Positions 25,038-38,737 of a stretch of 64,000 nt of DNA are shown one piece after another (position 1 is the stretch's first letter; every line of letters starts with the position of its first letter). Source of the DNA: Microbotryum violaceum (Eukaryota); contig CDLV01000010.1 in the NCBI GenBank assembly GCA_001244265.2, positions 310,001-374,000 on the forward strand. The letters run 5' to 3'. Both the position numbers and the translations under genes were made by a program. The notes beneath the pieces are model-generated. The model searched no databases. It worked only from the letters and a program-made list of their open reading frames with translations, and was not told the origin of the DNA.

Positions 25038-26694
25038 CTAATAAAGAGTTGTTGAAGTATCCGAATCGGTATGCAAATAATTTTTCAATCCCGGACCCGT
25101 CCCATACTCCGCCGTACCACTCCCTCCCACAACACTACTCCTAATCACATATTTGTAAATGATCAACCCCTCCAACCCGACAGGTCCACGAGCGTGCGTC
25201 TTCCCCGTCGCCACACCCACCTCCGTCCCGAACCCATACCTGAACCCATCTGCGAATCTGGTCGAAGCATTGACAAAGACACCGGCCGAATCGATTCCTC
25301 GACAAAAAACGGACGAGTTGGGCAAAGATTCGGTGACGATCACGTCGGTGTGGTGGGAAGAATGGCGGTTGATGTGCGTGGTTGCTTCGGAGAGGGAATC
25401 GACGGTTTTGACGGCGAGAATGAGTTCGAGGAATTCGGTCGAGTAGTCTTGTTCTGTTGAGGGGACAAGTTGGGCTTCGCCTGAAGGGAGAGTGGCACCA
25501 GTTGCTAAGGAAGACGAGGACAAGGCCTCCAAAGACCGCGGATCACATCGGAGAACGATGGACCGTGCGAGAAGGGCGGCCGCGAGTTTGGGCCAAATTG
25601 TTGCAAGGAGGGACGAGTGGATGATGATAGTTTCAGCGGAATTGCAAGCCGCCGTGTAGGTCAACTATAGGTCGAAGATGATTCCTTCATTGTCTCAGCG
25701 GTCGCTCTGGCACTCAATGTGACGTCAAAGACCCACCTTTGAATCGAGCACGACCTTGACAGCTTTTGCCTCGTCCGCAAACTCATCGACGTAGACAGCG
25801 CACAATCCATCCGCATGCCCCATGACGGCTATTTTGGATGTCTCCTGAATACTCTTGACGAGCGCATTGCTCCCTCTCGGGATGACGAGATCGATGTATC
25901 GGTCCTGCGCCAAGAGGGAGGCGATTTCGTCGCGAGTCGACACGGTCTGGATGTAGGTTGATGGGATCGAAGTGGTGGCGATTGCTTGTTGAATGATGAT
26001 GGACATGACCTTTTGTGTGTTGGACGATTCCCGGCCTCCTTTGAGGATTGCGGCGTTGCCTAGAGAGCGAGGAAATACGGACAGGCTAAGAGTCAGTATC
26101 TGCGCCGAGACTCGACTCTGCATGGACAACTAACCGGACTTGATCGCCAAAGCGGCGATGTTCACAATCACTTCCGGCCTCGCTTCAAAAATGACCAAAA
26201 GCACACCAATAGGGCACGTGATCCTCTGCAACTCGAGTCCTTCATCGAGTTTCTTGGCGTAGGTCACCTTGCCCGTCGGGTCGTCCAGTCGATCGACGTC
26301 GAGCACGCCTTGGAGCATCGAGTCGTATTTGTCCGACGAGGATTCGAGGTCGAGTCGTTTAAGTAGGGTTGAGGACATTTTGCCTGCTTCGACTTGCTTT
26401 CGTGCGAGCTGTTGTACGCGAGAGATCGCACGGAGACGGTAATAACGGGTGGGGGGTGGGGGGGAGATTGATCGGTCATCAGGCTTTGGCGCTTCTCCGG
26501 GCCCGCTTGACCTCCCCAAAATGTATAGCCGAGTCACTCACCTCGACGTCCAGCCTATTCGCTTCCAGGATCTCTGTCTTGTGTTCCTTCAACGCCGCCT
26601 CGAGTGCGAGCAGAGCATTGTGTCGCTCGGAGGCGGGCAAGAGCTGCGAAGCGTCGAACGCCTCTTTGGCCGTGCGGGCAATCAATTCCGCCAT
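25038..26694 (-). CDS. PRO2: Gamma-glutamyl phosphate reductase
   Basis: CPIGVLLVIFEARPEV, KSGNAAILKGGRES, IDLVIPRGSNALV, GHADGLC, catalytic AACNSAET, NASTRFADGFRYGFGTEVG...HARGPVGLEGL. Confidence 0.96.
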
Positions 26695-27215
26695 ATGACT
26701 TGATGAAGGTAGTGGGTGGTTGTGCTGGTAGATCTTTAGAAGTGACTGAGGCAGAGAGGATAATAAAGTGCGCTGTGCGGAGCAGAGGGTATGGCGTAGA
26801 GGGCAAGAAGCATGTAGACTCGTCGCGAGCTCTCCAAGCCTGAGTCAACTCGGTGCAGTGGGAAACCTTTGGGAAACGTGACTACTAGTATTAGGGAGAT
26901 GCAGTGTTCTTCCTTGCAGCCTAAAGACAACTTCATTGATGGGTCTTGAGATTCGACAATCCTCACAGAGTGACCACAGAGTGCAATCTTCACCCTCGGG
27001 ATTCATTACATCTTATAGGACAAATCGTCTCGCAATGCGCATCGACTTCATCGCCGTGCACGCTCTCTCTCGGACGAAGACTTATTCAGACCCACCGACC
27101 GATCAACCTCTTCATCCAGACCAGCCTCTCTCTCTCCGCTCCCAATCCGATTCAGTAAATGAAAGAAGCACGCATCATCATTTCAAAAAACCCTAACCCC
27201 CGCCACTGCCTACTC

Positions 27216-27816
27216 CTAATGATGTTCCTCCTCGGACATGGAAGCGGCATACTCCTCCGCCAACCTAGTTTCCCTCGCCCTCATCCTCAACAACTGTGCC
27301 TTCTTGTCCTCAATGAGACCTCGTTGTCGTTCCCTTTGATGAGACCGGGGTGGGAATGAGTGATCGTTCTCCCAAGGGCAAAATCATAGCTGCATTAAGC
27401 TCTAAAGCGGCTTACTCGGCGTGGTATAGGTAGTAGCCGAGCCCTGTGAATGCCGAGACGGATAGCGCGTGGCCTCCCAAGTCTATCATTTGTTGAATGG
27501 GATTGGAACGAGGAAAGGTTTCCATAGTAGTTTGACAGGATGACGAGCGAGCGACGAGCGTCGAGGAACGGATACGCGGATCAAATCGAGCACGCAAACA
27601 TAGAGATGTGTCAGCATCCAAGAACAGTCTCACGCAGAGATAAAAAGGAACGCACTGTCAAAGATGTTGCGCTTCATGATCGCCAACTGGTAACACCTCA
27701 CGCCGAAACCAAAGGCCGCGAATGAACTGATGTATCCCACTGCAACGCACGATCCGCACCCCCGTGGTCAGCTCCTGAACTCTGTTCGGTCAGAAGATGG
27801 TGGATGACTTACACAT
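27216..27816 (-). CDS. Mitochondrial complex I small accessory subunit (NDUFC2/B14.5b-like), 4 exons
   Basis: Spliced: MLGYISSFAAFGFGVRCYQLAIMKRNIFDNLGGHALSVSAFTGLGYYLYHAEERQRGLIEDKKAQLLRMR...EEHH*. Mostly missed by the ORF track. Confidence 0.75.
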
Positions 27817-28078
27817 GGTGTAGAGAATGGGTCCGTACCGGGTGTAGAGATGAGCGCGAGCCAACTTTCAACTTGGTCTCCGCGTGAGCCAGCCGCACCA
27901 GATTGGCGTGGGTCCTTGAGGCCGGCACGCGCTGACTCTCTCGCGCGGTCCGAGCGCAAGGCCATCCATCTAATAAATCGCGCTTCCCATCTATCAGTAC
28001 TCGTTTTCAGAAAGTTCATCTCGTTTTATTTCATCGACATAACAGCTCGATCGCCCATCAAGGTCTTCAACGCTTCCC

Positions 28079-31000
28079 TCACTCCCAGTCGGTCCATTCG
28101 AAAGGAGCCGGTGGATCCGCGATCGGGCCCGAATGATCCTCCGTACTCGTCGCCGCACCACCCGCAGCACTAGCACCAGCAGTGTTGGCCGCCCCTGCCC
28201 CGGAAGTATCGATGACCTTCATGACCTGCATCTCCAAGAACTCGGCCTCCTTGTCCGGTTCCTGATCCCTAACCAACAAGATCCCCCCTCCGCCACCGAC
28301 CGACGAAACTCCCGATGCAACGCCGGTCGTCTCGGACAAGCTCGCAACGGGTCGAACGGGGACGTAACGCGCCTCTTTGGGGAACGTGACCGTCGAAAGT
28401 TGCGGTGGGGTCACACGCGAGAGGTTCTGCAGTCGCGTCGAGGTCGGTTCGCGTCGTTTCAGTTTAGTGGTGGATTTGTCGGCTCCTTCACCGGTCGCCG
28501 TCGTGCTAGCCTCTTCCTTTGAGGTGGCGGCCGGCTGTTTATCGCCTTCCGAGGTGGTCGCTGGTGCTGGCGTCGTTGTCGAAGGCTTGGCATTGTCCGT
28601 CTCCATTGCCTCATCCGCCTGAGCGGACTCCTTAGCCTTGGCCCTCGCTGTCGTCTTGGCCGTCGTCGACAAGACCGCCGTTGCGACCTTCTCGACCGTC
28701 TCCTTCGTAGGTGGTTTCGTCGCGGCGACGTAAGCGTACAAAGACGGCTTGGCCTGACTGATGAATTCGCACTTGGGAATCCTCAGATCCTTATCGACAG
28801 CGATGATGGCCGTCGGGGTGAAGGCGAGCGAGAGGCAGTGCGCCAAAGGGAACCAATACCACAATTGCGTGAACAGCGCCATGCCCACAATTGCAGGCAT
28901 ATGCGACGAACCGGACTTGTTCTGCATCGACAACGTGACATTGCGACCACCTGCATCGATAATACCTTGCGCCAAAGCAGCACCGAGTTTGGCCATGGCG
29001 TCCTCGTGTTTGTCCGCGACGATCTTTTCGTAAATCTTGCGCACCGGAGCGACCTTGGGGTTCAGCGTTTCGTTGGCTTGGATCAGGATCATCGCCAATG
29101 ACATGCATGCACCTTGTCGGACGAAATCGACCGGGTCCTTGGTCAACGGTTCGAGTAATTCGATCGCATCGGCAAGACCGGTGCCAGCGCATGAGATGCC
29201 CAACGCGAGTGCGGCACCGTATCGAACGTTGGGGTTGTAGCTCTCGGACAAGAGCTGAACGATCCTCGGGACTTGGGTCGGGTTGCGGAAAAGCAAGAAG
29301 CCCAAACTTGTGACGGCGGCTCGTCGCACATCGTCGTTGACGTCCGACACGGCCACGTGAAGCAACTTGCGGATTGCTCGGTTGTTGCCCGTTCCAGCAT
29401 ACGCCATTGCGATCGTCTGGATACCACCGTAGCGCAAGATCGGGTCGGCGTCACCAAGCAAGGTCTCGATCAAGCCATCAGCTTCTTCTTCCTTGCCGTA
29501 CATGAGGAACGATATACCGACGGCGAGACCGCGGATTATTTTCTCGTGTTGCGTCTCGTGCGCGTACTGCAGCATCTCGTCTAGCGCCTTCTCCGAAGCC
29601 GTACCGAGCATGACCAACCCCATCGCGTATCCGGACGCCTCGCCGGCAATAGCCGAGTCATTGAAGAGCACGTTCCTCAACTCGTCGTAAATCTCCTCGT
29701 TGCCCGAGCCCATCGCTGAAACACCTAGACCGAGAGCCGCACCGTGTTGGATCACCTCGTTCTGGGTGCCGGCCTTGAGCGCGTCCTTGAGGTACGTCGT
29801 CGTTTCGGCGCCGCCGTGGTTGGCGTGGACCAAGCCGAGGGCGTAAAGACTCCCTCCTTCAGAATAGAACGAAGAGCTGCCCGTTCCAGCGCGTGGGAGG
29901 TAAGGTTCGAGGATCGCTTTACCCTGGGCGAGGTTACCCTTGTGGATGACGCCCAATGCCGCCGTGGCGGAGAACTTGGACCAGTTGGAAGCGCGCTGCA
30001 GCCAGTCGAGGTTCTCACGCAAGAACTGGTCCGAGGTGGTGCCCGCGTTGGCAAAAGCGTTCATAAAGGTAACGGCCGAGTGGTAGACGGATTGTCGGCC
30101 ATCAAGCACGTCCTATGAGCGTTGTATACCATCGTCAGCACATCGGCGTTTCCCGCAGGCACCTCGTGACTACAAGGCATTGGCTCACCTTGGTACCCTT
30201 CAGGATCAGCAGATCGGCATGGTTATTACGGTACAGGAACTCGAGATAGAGCTTGATCGTCTCCTCCCCCGTCAGGATCGAAATAATGCGTTCCCGGTGC
30301 AAGTCCTTCCCTTCCTTGGGTGCGGCTGCGTCGGTCGATGCGGTCGCGGCGGTCGCCGTCGGTGTTGTCAGGCTGTTTCGGACGGTCTCGAGGAACTCCT
30401 GCGTTGCCGTCTCGGCGAGATCGAAAGCGATCTGGTAGGCCGTCAGGATGGCCTCCTCTGAAGGAACTTTTGTGCTTGTTGATGAGAGACACAAGAGGGA
30501 GGAGAGTAAGTCGGAAGCGAGCGAAGGGTCGTTGAGGTAGACGAAGCATTGCGTCACGGAAAAGTAGTCGGGCGAAGGGAGCGAGTTGAACAGTCTCAGG
30601 AGGAGATTCAAGACCTGTCGTTTATTGAAATGGAGAGAGGTCGGGGATGCGTCAGATGAGACGGGTCTCTCTATGCGTAAGTCTTGCGGCACAAGTACTG
30701 ACCTGGGTCTTGTACGCTCGACTGGACCCACTGATGACACCTTCGCGGACGACGATCTGTAGGATCCACTCCAAGAGCTCTGGATTCTTGGTCTGTACAA
30801 AGATGCGCTCGATCACGTCGAGTCGATGCGAGGACAAAGCAATACCCAAGGCCTGTGCGATATCTCCCACGGAAGCATTAGCACCTAGCAAGGCGGGTCG
30901 AGTACCGAAGAACCACACACCTGCTTGAACTCGCCGTCCCTTTCACATCTCTCAAACATCCTCTCGACGATGGCCTCGAGTCTGGCGTCGACGGGTTTGG

Positions 31001-31715
31001 CGGTCGAGGTCGAGGTCGATGCAGTGGTCGTAGCAGTGGCAGCGGCGGCGCGTGAATCGACGTAGGCATCGATCGCTTGGGCTGCGAGGAAGGTAAGGCG
31101 GACGAATTAGCACGATAACTCGAACCAGCCAACAGGTCGTGCTCTTGACGCACCGATGATGGTCTCGATGTATTCAGCCTCGGTCGGTTCCTGGTCATCG
31201 ACGGCGCCTTCGAGGTTGAACCACTTGCCGGCGCCCAACGCGAACGAGAGCGCCTCGTCGAAATTGCCAAGGTGGTAGTAGACCTTGGAAGCGATCAACG
31301 AAGCGAGGGCTTGGGAGGGGAACGTCGGTGTCTCGGAGAGGGATTCACTGTGCAGAAAGAGAGACGAGCGCGGAGGAAGGGGATGACGAGCATCGAGCAC
31401 CGAGCATCGAGCACGAGGGTGTCGTCAGCGCCGAGTACGGAAGGGGGGTAGAGCGTACTCTCGCGGATGCAGTAGGTGTGATGGCGCACAGCGCAGAAAA
31501 CTTGCATTTTGACCACATGGTCGGCCACCTCGGCCCAAAAAGTGTGGATCAGGGGGTCGATCTGCTGCAACGCGTAAGCCTGCAAGGTCGCATCCGGCTC
31601 GTCGAGTAACGACAGCAGACCCGCTACAGCATCATCACACAGAGGGGTGTGCGTCAGTTTGACTGTTAGAGAGGGGTGAGTATGCGCTTCAATACTTACC
31701 AGCTGATTGAACCAT
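28079..31715 (-). CDS. RPN2: 26S proteasome regulatory subunit Rpn2
   Basis: LLSLLDEPD, ASLIASKVYYHLG, NAGTTSDQFLRENLDWL..ASNWSKFSATAALGVIH, PC repeats, HVAVSDVNDDVRRAAV, C-terminal PAPFEW. Confidence 0.97.
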
Positions 31716-32625
31716 CGTGAGCTGTCGTAAAAGGCACAAGCAAGCTCGAGGGGTGGGGTGAGCGTGAAGGACAGCGCTTGGGCTGCACGTCAGTCCAGCG
31801 CGCCTTCACGCCCTGCACCACCTTGCACCACTCACTGCAGAGTGCACCTGCCAAGTGCCACTGTGCAGACTTGCAGTGGTGGCAGCAGTACTAAGTAGCG
31901 CCGGTCTCGACGAGTTCTCTTTTGCTGTTGATGTTTTTCAGAGAACCTCAATGATAGGAGATATTTAACATGTCAATTGTAGGCTTCCTGGAGTCGATGG
32001 CACTCGATTGAAGACGGAGCTCCGAAATGGGGGATCCTTTCGAGCACCTTGAAGCCTCGTAAGGGACTTTTCGCCGAAGGTAAGATCGATTTGAAGCCGC
32101 GCTTATATATCTTCCGATCGGAATTAATTTTGACCTTGCAGAGTAAAATCGAAGGAATGCCATGATGAAAGATGGTATGACGCAAGTCGAGATGAACAGA
32201 ACTCAAAGCACTAAACTCTTCCGGATCATTGTGAGAAAAGGGTCACTAATTCGAGATCGACTGGCGATTGTCGCTCGGACTGGCCCGCCCACCCCGAGCC
32301 TCCGTATGCCGAGCCTGGGCGGCCGACTCGACGCGGCAATGACGACCGCGGCTGCGGAGACGTCGACGCGACGCCGAGCCCGGGTCCTCGCTTCGTGCCC
32401 AACGCTTTCCCCTCGGCCGTATATTCACCTGTTTCCTTCCTCCGACTCTTCCGTAATCATTCTCTCCTTTCATTTGGTATCTGTACCCTTCACCCGTCGT
32501 TCTAGCCCTCGACACCGAGTCAATCCGACATCGATCATCTCTAATCAGCAAACGCGTTCTGACTGACCTCGCATCCCGGGCGGTCGCGCTGGCTCCCCTC
32601 CGTGATCCGGCACCCTCCTCCCATC

Positions 32626-35600
32626 ATGGCTGATCCATCCCACAAGTCAGTACTGTCTCTTAGCTCAGTACTCTTAGCTCAGTAATTTCTCCACTTTCTG
32701 ATCCTTCTTCTCACGGAATTACCTGTAGCAGCCCGTTTGAACGGCCCTACGTCGACTCGTCGTCGGTGGCATCCACAACTGTGGTTGCCGCGCATCCCCC
32801 GCCGCCAGCCGAGGCCGAGTCGGGCGTCTCTCCAGAATCACAGTCACTAGCCTCGACCTCCACGTCGTCGCGGGCAGCGCACCGACCACCTCGACTCGTC
32901 ATACCCGATGCTGATGAGTACCCATACGGATCTGTCTTTCCACCGCTCGATCAACCCCACTACGCCGCAGCGCACCCTCATCCCCATGGACTCGTTGAAT
33001 TAGGCGGAGCACCGACAGCCGAGCCTCACGCGACTACGGCGTCGTCTACGACGGGCGGTGCAGGTGCTCCTTCCGGCCACGTCGGTGGCTCGGCAGCCTC
33101 CAAGAAGGTCAATTGGCCTGCAGAACTCTCGGACCACGTCTCGATCAAGATGGCCTCCCCCAAGACGCTGCAGGATCAAGGCGCGAGGGACGAGCTGACC
33201 CGGGCCTTGGAGGAACATTATCGCACAGTCGGCGCCCGGTCCGAGATGGACGAAGATGGGCCCGACCGACCGAATCGATTCATCGGCCTCTCAGGTTCCG
33301 AAGTTCCTTCGCGCGCCAATTCGTCCGACGGCGATCCCGAAGAAAGGATGGAAGAGTTGAGGCAACAGATGGATGTCTATGTCGATCCTGGTGAAACGGA
33401 TGGATTGCCGACCATGGCTGGGGGTAAATCGAGCGAAGCCAGAAATGCCAAAGCAGCTTGGGGCTTGGTCAGGAGCTATACCAACGGTGGTTCGATGTTC
33501 CGTCAGAGGAAGAAGCCTGGCTTCAAGAGTGGCCATGGAGCCAAGGCTGAGGACTCCGATCCTCGCGTCGTCAAGGCCACTTTCCAAGATCCTGAAAAGG
33601 TCATGAGTGCCGACTCGAACGACGGCCCGCCCAAGTCTCCCTCTTCCCCAGGAGGCGGAATCGGTGGATTGGTATCGCGGATCTTGGCGAGTCATCATGA
33701 CCCAGCAGACGAGGTGCCTATCGCCGCGGGTGCACCCAGTATCACCAATGGGGGAGGTGGCATCCTCTCAGCGCTAATTGCTTTGCAGCAGCAGCAAGCT
33801 GGGACAGGGATTGACTCCATCCCGCCTTCGGGAGCGACAACACCGACCTCGGAACTTCCTTCGCGAGGGTCGGTCTATTCCTCCGAGGACGAAGACGAGG
33901 AAGTCGAACGCCTCAAGTTCACGCTCAAGCAACGCGAGAAGCGAGCGAATCGGTCGATGATGCATGGCGCCTCGACCGCCATCTCGAATGTGGGCAAGTC
34001 GGCCGGTCACGCGCTCGGCTTTGGTCAGCACCACGCAACGGGCCAGCGCGGACATCGACCCTCCTCGTCGGACGAGCAGACCCCTGGTCGTACGGGCACC
34101 CATGGCGCGACCAAGCTGTTCGGCCCTCACAACTCGGGCCAGGGAAGCACCTCCGCCCCGGGGACCCCTGCATTCGGGTCCTTCCCGAAGCGGCGATCCG
34201 GCGCTTTCACCGAAAGTGTCCACAACATGCTGGGCAAGGTCGGCGCGAATTTTGAAGACTCTTCCTCTCGACCCGAAGCAGCGAGGAGTGGTGCCGGTGT
34301 CTTTGGTGGGCTCATGTTGTCTACAGCGAATATCGCAGGGGCTGCTTCACCTGCCGCGACGTCGCTCGCCCCGAATGCGACACGGCCAGGATATAACTTG
34401 TCGCGCTACTCGGCCCCTTCGGTCCCTACCATGAAATCTGGAAAGACGGAAAGCTCGGTTGATACCTCGCCCGAGAACACGGCGAGCACGTCCACGCTCA
34501 ACAACTCGCCCACAGCTTCGCCGCCGCCGGGTGAGGCGCGGCAGACCAGGCAGACCCCGCCAAATATCAAGGTCCCCAAGCACAAGCCGACCTTCTCTCT
34601 GGCTGATCTGACTGTGAGTGACCTCGGATGAATTACTGTTACCTTACGTCATCCCACTGACTTGCTTGTCATTCGTATTTTCATCCAAGCAGCCGCACAA
34701 GATATCCTTCTTTCCAGGAGCATCGCGTCCAAACTCGCGACCGAGCTCTCGCCCAGGGTCGCTCCACGATTCACCGACGTATGAGTCGTCCGAGTACTTT
34801 TCGCACACCAAAGAGACGCAAGAAGAACGGGAGCGTCGCGAATGGGAGAAGGAAAAGCGCCGTCGTCGCAAGCTGAGGGAGAAGCGTAAGCAACAGGAGG
34901 TCTTTATCACGCAGCACGTCGCCGCGATCCTGGAGCGACAGCAGTTCATCCTCAAGCTCGCTCGTGCGTTCATGATGTTTGGTGCGCCTTCGCATCGCCT
35001 CGAGGCGCAGTTACAAGCGACTGCGCGGGTGCTCGAGATCAATTGCCAAGTCATCTATATCCCAGCCGTCATGCTCGTGTCCTTTGGCGATTCAGCGACC
35101 CACACCTCTGAAGTGAGGTTCGTGCGGCAGTCCTCGGGTCTCGACCTCGGCAAACTCAAGACGGCGTACATGATATACTACGACACAATCTACGACAAAA
35201 TCTCGGTCACGGACGCGTCGAAGCAACTCGACGACCTCATGCTCGCCGGACCGCAGTACAAGCTTTGGCAGAATATGCTCATCGGTGGTCTGGCCTCGGC
35301 GTTCATCCAGCCGTCGGCGTTCTACGGGTCCTTCATCGACTGCCTCATTTCGATCCCTCTTGGCGCTCTTCTCGTCCTCGTGCAAGTCCTCGTCTCGCGC
35401 AACGACCTCTATTCGTCCCTATTCGAGATCGTCATCGCTTGCATCAACGCCTTTCTCGCCGCCGCTCTGGCGTCCACGAACCAGTTCTGCTTCGCCGCGG
35501 TGGCTTCGGGATCGGTCGTACTTATTCTGCCAGGTTACATCGTCTTGTGTGGCTCGCTTGAGCTAGCCAATCGTTCTATTATCTCCGGAAGTGTTCGCTT

Positions 35601-36311
35601 AGTTTGTGAGTGCCGCGCAGTCTCTGGGCCCAACCCAATTTGGGTAATTCAACTGACCCTCTGTACCCATCAGATTCGATTCTTTACTCACTCTTCTTGG
35701 GCTTTGGCCTCTCGATGGGGTCAGAGGTATACCAGCGCATCACCAAGCTTGCGATCGCGGGGGCCACGGATTACCAGTGCACTGCCCTACGTCGGAACGC
35801 TCCCTGGTGGCGCGCGACTATCTCGCCGTATTGGTACTTCCTCACAATCCCCTGCTACCTCCTCCTGCTCGCCCTTCGCAACGGTCAACCTCTGATCCGC
35901 AAAGAAAGCTTTGTCATGGTCCTCTTCGGCTCGGCCGGTTTCGTCGCCAACTATTTCTCCGGTAAAGCTTTCACGGGCCGTAGTGACGTCGTCAGTGCGA
36001 TTGGATCCTTCGCCGTTGGCTTCCTCGGTAACTTGTACGGCAAGGTATCCCGCGGATCCCCTTTCGTTGTCATGGTCCCAGGAATCCTCTTGCAACTTCC
36101 TTCAGGTCTATCGAACGGAGGCCTTCTCGAATTTGCGGCGGACTCGACTTCGAACAATACGTTCACGTCTTCGACGTCTTACGCTTCCGGATTCAGCGTC
36201 GCGAGCTCCCTTATTGAAGTCGCGATTGGGTTGACTGTCGGTTTGTTCTTGTCTGCTGCGGTCGTTCTTGGCAAAGGATCTAGGAGGGGAAGGAGTTTGC
36301 ATACGTTTTAG
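32626..36311 (+). CDS. PRM10: Prm10-like ThrE/DUF1212 membrane protein
   Basis: ITQHVAAILERQQFILKLARAFMMFGAPSHRLEAQL, LDLGKL, VVLILPGYIVLCGSLEL...SGSVRL, VPGILLQLPSGL, IEVAIGLTVGLF. Long disordered N-terminus. Confidence 0.88.
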
Positions 36312-36447
36312 AATCGTTTTGGTTTCTGCACATGTTTTAGAGTAACCCCCTAGAGTTATTTCGTTCCGCATTCCTACTTACTTCACGACAACCAACCCTA
36401 GAACTTGTAATATCACCCTACAGACACTTGCATCATTCTTTCAGCGA

Positions 36448-36501
36448 AGTGGGAACGCTCTCCAATGGTGTGATAGTGGGAACGCTTTCCAATGGTGTGA
36501 T
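36448..36501. repeat. 27-bp tandem duplication (AGTGGGAACGCTYTCCAATGGTGTGAT x2) between convergent 3' ends
   Basis: Visible directly; one mismatch. Confidence 0.8.
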
Positions 36502-36624
36502 GACCGAATACGGGTCTGATGAGTGCTACACAGTGCTCTACACGGTCTATGGCTACCATAGGGGAGATTTGAACTTGTAAGTCGTGACCTCCGAACCCAA
36601 AACCCCTTCCAAATCAGACCACGC

Positions 36625-38737
36625 TCAAGCGGACGTTCTTCCAACCTTTTCGACAGCTCGCTTGAGCTCGTACATCATGATATCACTCCAAAGATAAGAC
36701 CCCGGAATAGGGTTGGGGTGCAAGAAATCCTTGAATTGATCGTCCTGACCACGCAATAGAGGCCCAATCTCATCGATGCGCAGTCGTTCATCGAAGCCAA
36801 AATCGAGGGCCGCCTCCTTGGTTTCCTCGTCGTTGTCCAGACGCGTTTGCTTCTGCTTCCATGTTTGTTGAAGATGATTCCTCATTGATCCGAACATGGT
36901 GGGATGGGAAACGACGGACTCGACTCGCAAATCATGGACCAACTTGCGCGTCAATTGATCCAAGGCGAAGGCACGAGTGTAGGGCGTGTAGTTATTGCGT
37001 TTGGGGTGGTGGAGCGAACGCAGCATGATTGGGGGACCTTCGCGCACACCATGGGGACCTTGGAAGATTTGCGCAACGTGTTCAAGCGCGTGACGCATGT
37101 TGGTTGACCACTGTTCTTCGCGATCTTTACCGATCGAACCGAAGGGGATGCTCGAGTCTTGTGGATAAGGTCGAGAGATCCCAGCAGCGATGAAATCCAA
37201 CTCGGTCATGGCTCGCAGGTCCCAGAACCCGGCTGAAAGTTCAATCAAGGAAGGTTCCATAACCGAAGGTCGGTTCAACCCTTTGGCGACGTTCTTGAGA
37301 AGCGGGACCATGATGTGATCGAAGCGCTCCATGTAGGTCGAAGGGCTGTGGAAAAAGTTTTCGCCGGCGTAGACGGCTTCCATGTCTTGCAAGACGCCCT
37401 GTCCACCATCCCATGACTTTGAGTGTAATTTCTCTACTCTGAGGTTAAGCACTATGCATCCTCTGCACTCACCCAGGTGAAGACGTTGACGACGGTTGCA
37501 TTGTACTCCTGAAGATCACAGACCCACGGCCGAGTCTGGAACCAGTTGTCACCCTTTCGCGATCCCCATTGGTCCTCGGACTGCGCACGCGCCACCTTGG
37601 CATCGATATAGTCCTGTGTCTCTTTTCCATCGTCGCCCAGCATGGTCGGCATTTCTTTGCGCACGATTGGAGGTGACCAAGGGTGGTCGGGATCGACGTT
37701 GATTTTGTTTCCGCCTACAAATCCGCACCAGTCATTGTTATGCAGTCGATCCATCGAGTCACCTGCATATAGTCCAATCAATCAGTTCAGTCTCGCCGAT
37801 TGCTTTATGTGTCAGGAAGGATCGTGCTCACCATGCAAGATAACTGTAGCGTTGATGAGCCAAGGGAAAGGCTCCTCGATCACAGGTTTCTTCTGCCACG
37901 AGTTTATCCGGCTGCGTTTAATGGCGAGATGGTCCAACAAATCCTTCATCAAAGTGGAGGGTTCACAGTCTTCGTCGAACGGGACCCAAGCATTGTTGAC
38001 CTACGAGTAAAAGCCATGGCCGGAAGGTGAGACATCGGCTCCTGAAAAGGGTTCCAACAAGCTCGCTATCGAATTGCCAGATGCCGACTTACATCTTTCT
38101 GAACGTCGACGTGCAAGCTACCGAGCTCTTTGAAAGGATTGCATTTCCACTCCTCGGGGATTTCGTGAGACTCAAAGTCGACGGCGAGCTTGCCCCGGAT
38201 GTTGCGCTGCGCGTCGAGCGTCGCTGCATTGATGCCCGCCGAGCTCGCCGAAACGGGACCGTCGCCCGATCGAAGCATGAGCCCAATGAGGACCACGATC
38301 GCAAAAACGGATCCCATGAGCAGAGGGGATCGTAGTGATCTCGGTGTTGTGCCGGGAATTCTGATCTGGTTCAAAGATGTGGAGATGGATTTCGCTCGGT
38401 CACCACGGCGATAGTTTGGTGATGTCGAGGCCGAGGAGAGGAAGCTCAAGGGTGAGGCAAAGCTCCCGGTGTTCGACGGCGTCGAGCTCGCTGAAACAGC
38501 TAGAAAAGGCTTGACCTGGGCGATGAGTGCCGCTCTTGATGTATCTTTATGGCGAAAATGAATGACCTCGATCGTGTCCGACTCTTCGGAAGATCCATAG
38601 TCGATCCCGTCAGAGGTGGACGAGCGAGGCGAGCTGGGAGCCCCTGTTGCTCGGTTTGACGGGCTAGATCCCGGGTGCACGGAGAACGGGAGGACACTGG
38701 ACGTCGCGCCGCTGGCTCGCGCCGCCTGATTGACCAT
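36625..38737 (-). CDS. Type II membrane SGNH/PC-esterase-like protein (Cap64/Cas3-like)
   Basis: Single N-proximal TM (LLMGSVFAIVVLIGLML), CNPF..LGSL, WVPFD..C, spliced VILHGDSMDR motif, FWDL, C-terminal DFLHP (DxxH). Confidence 0.65.
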
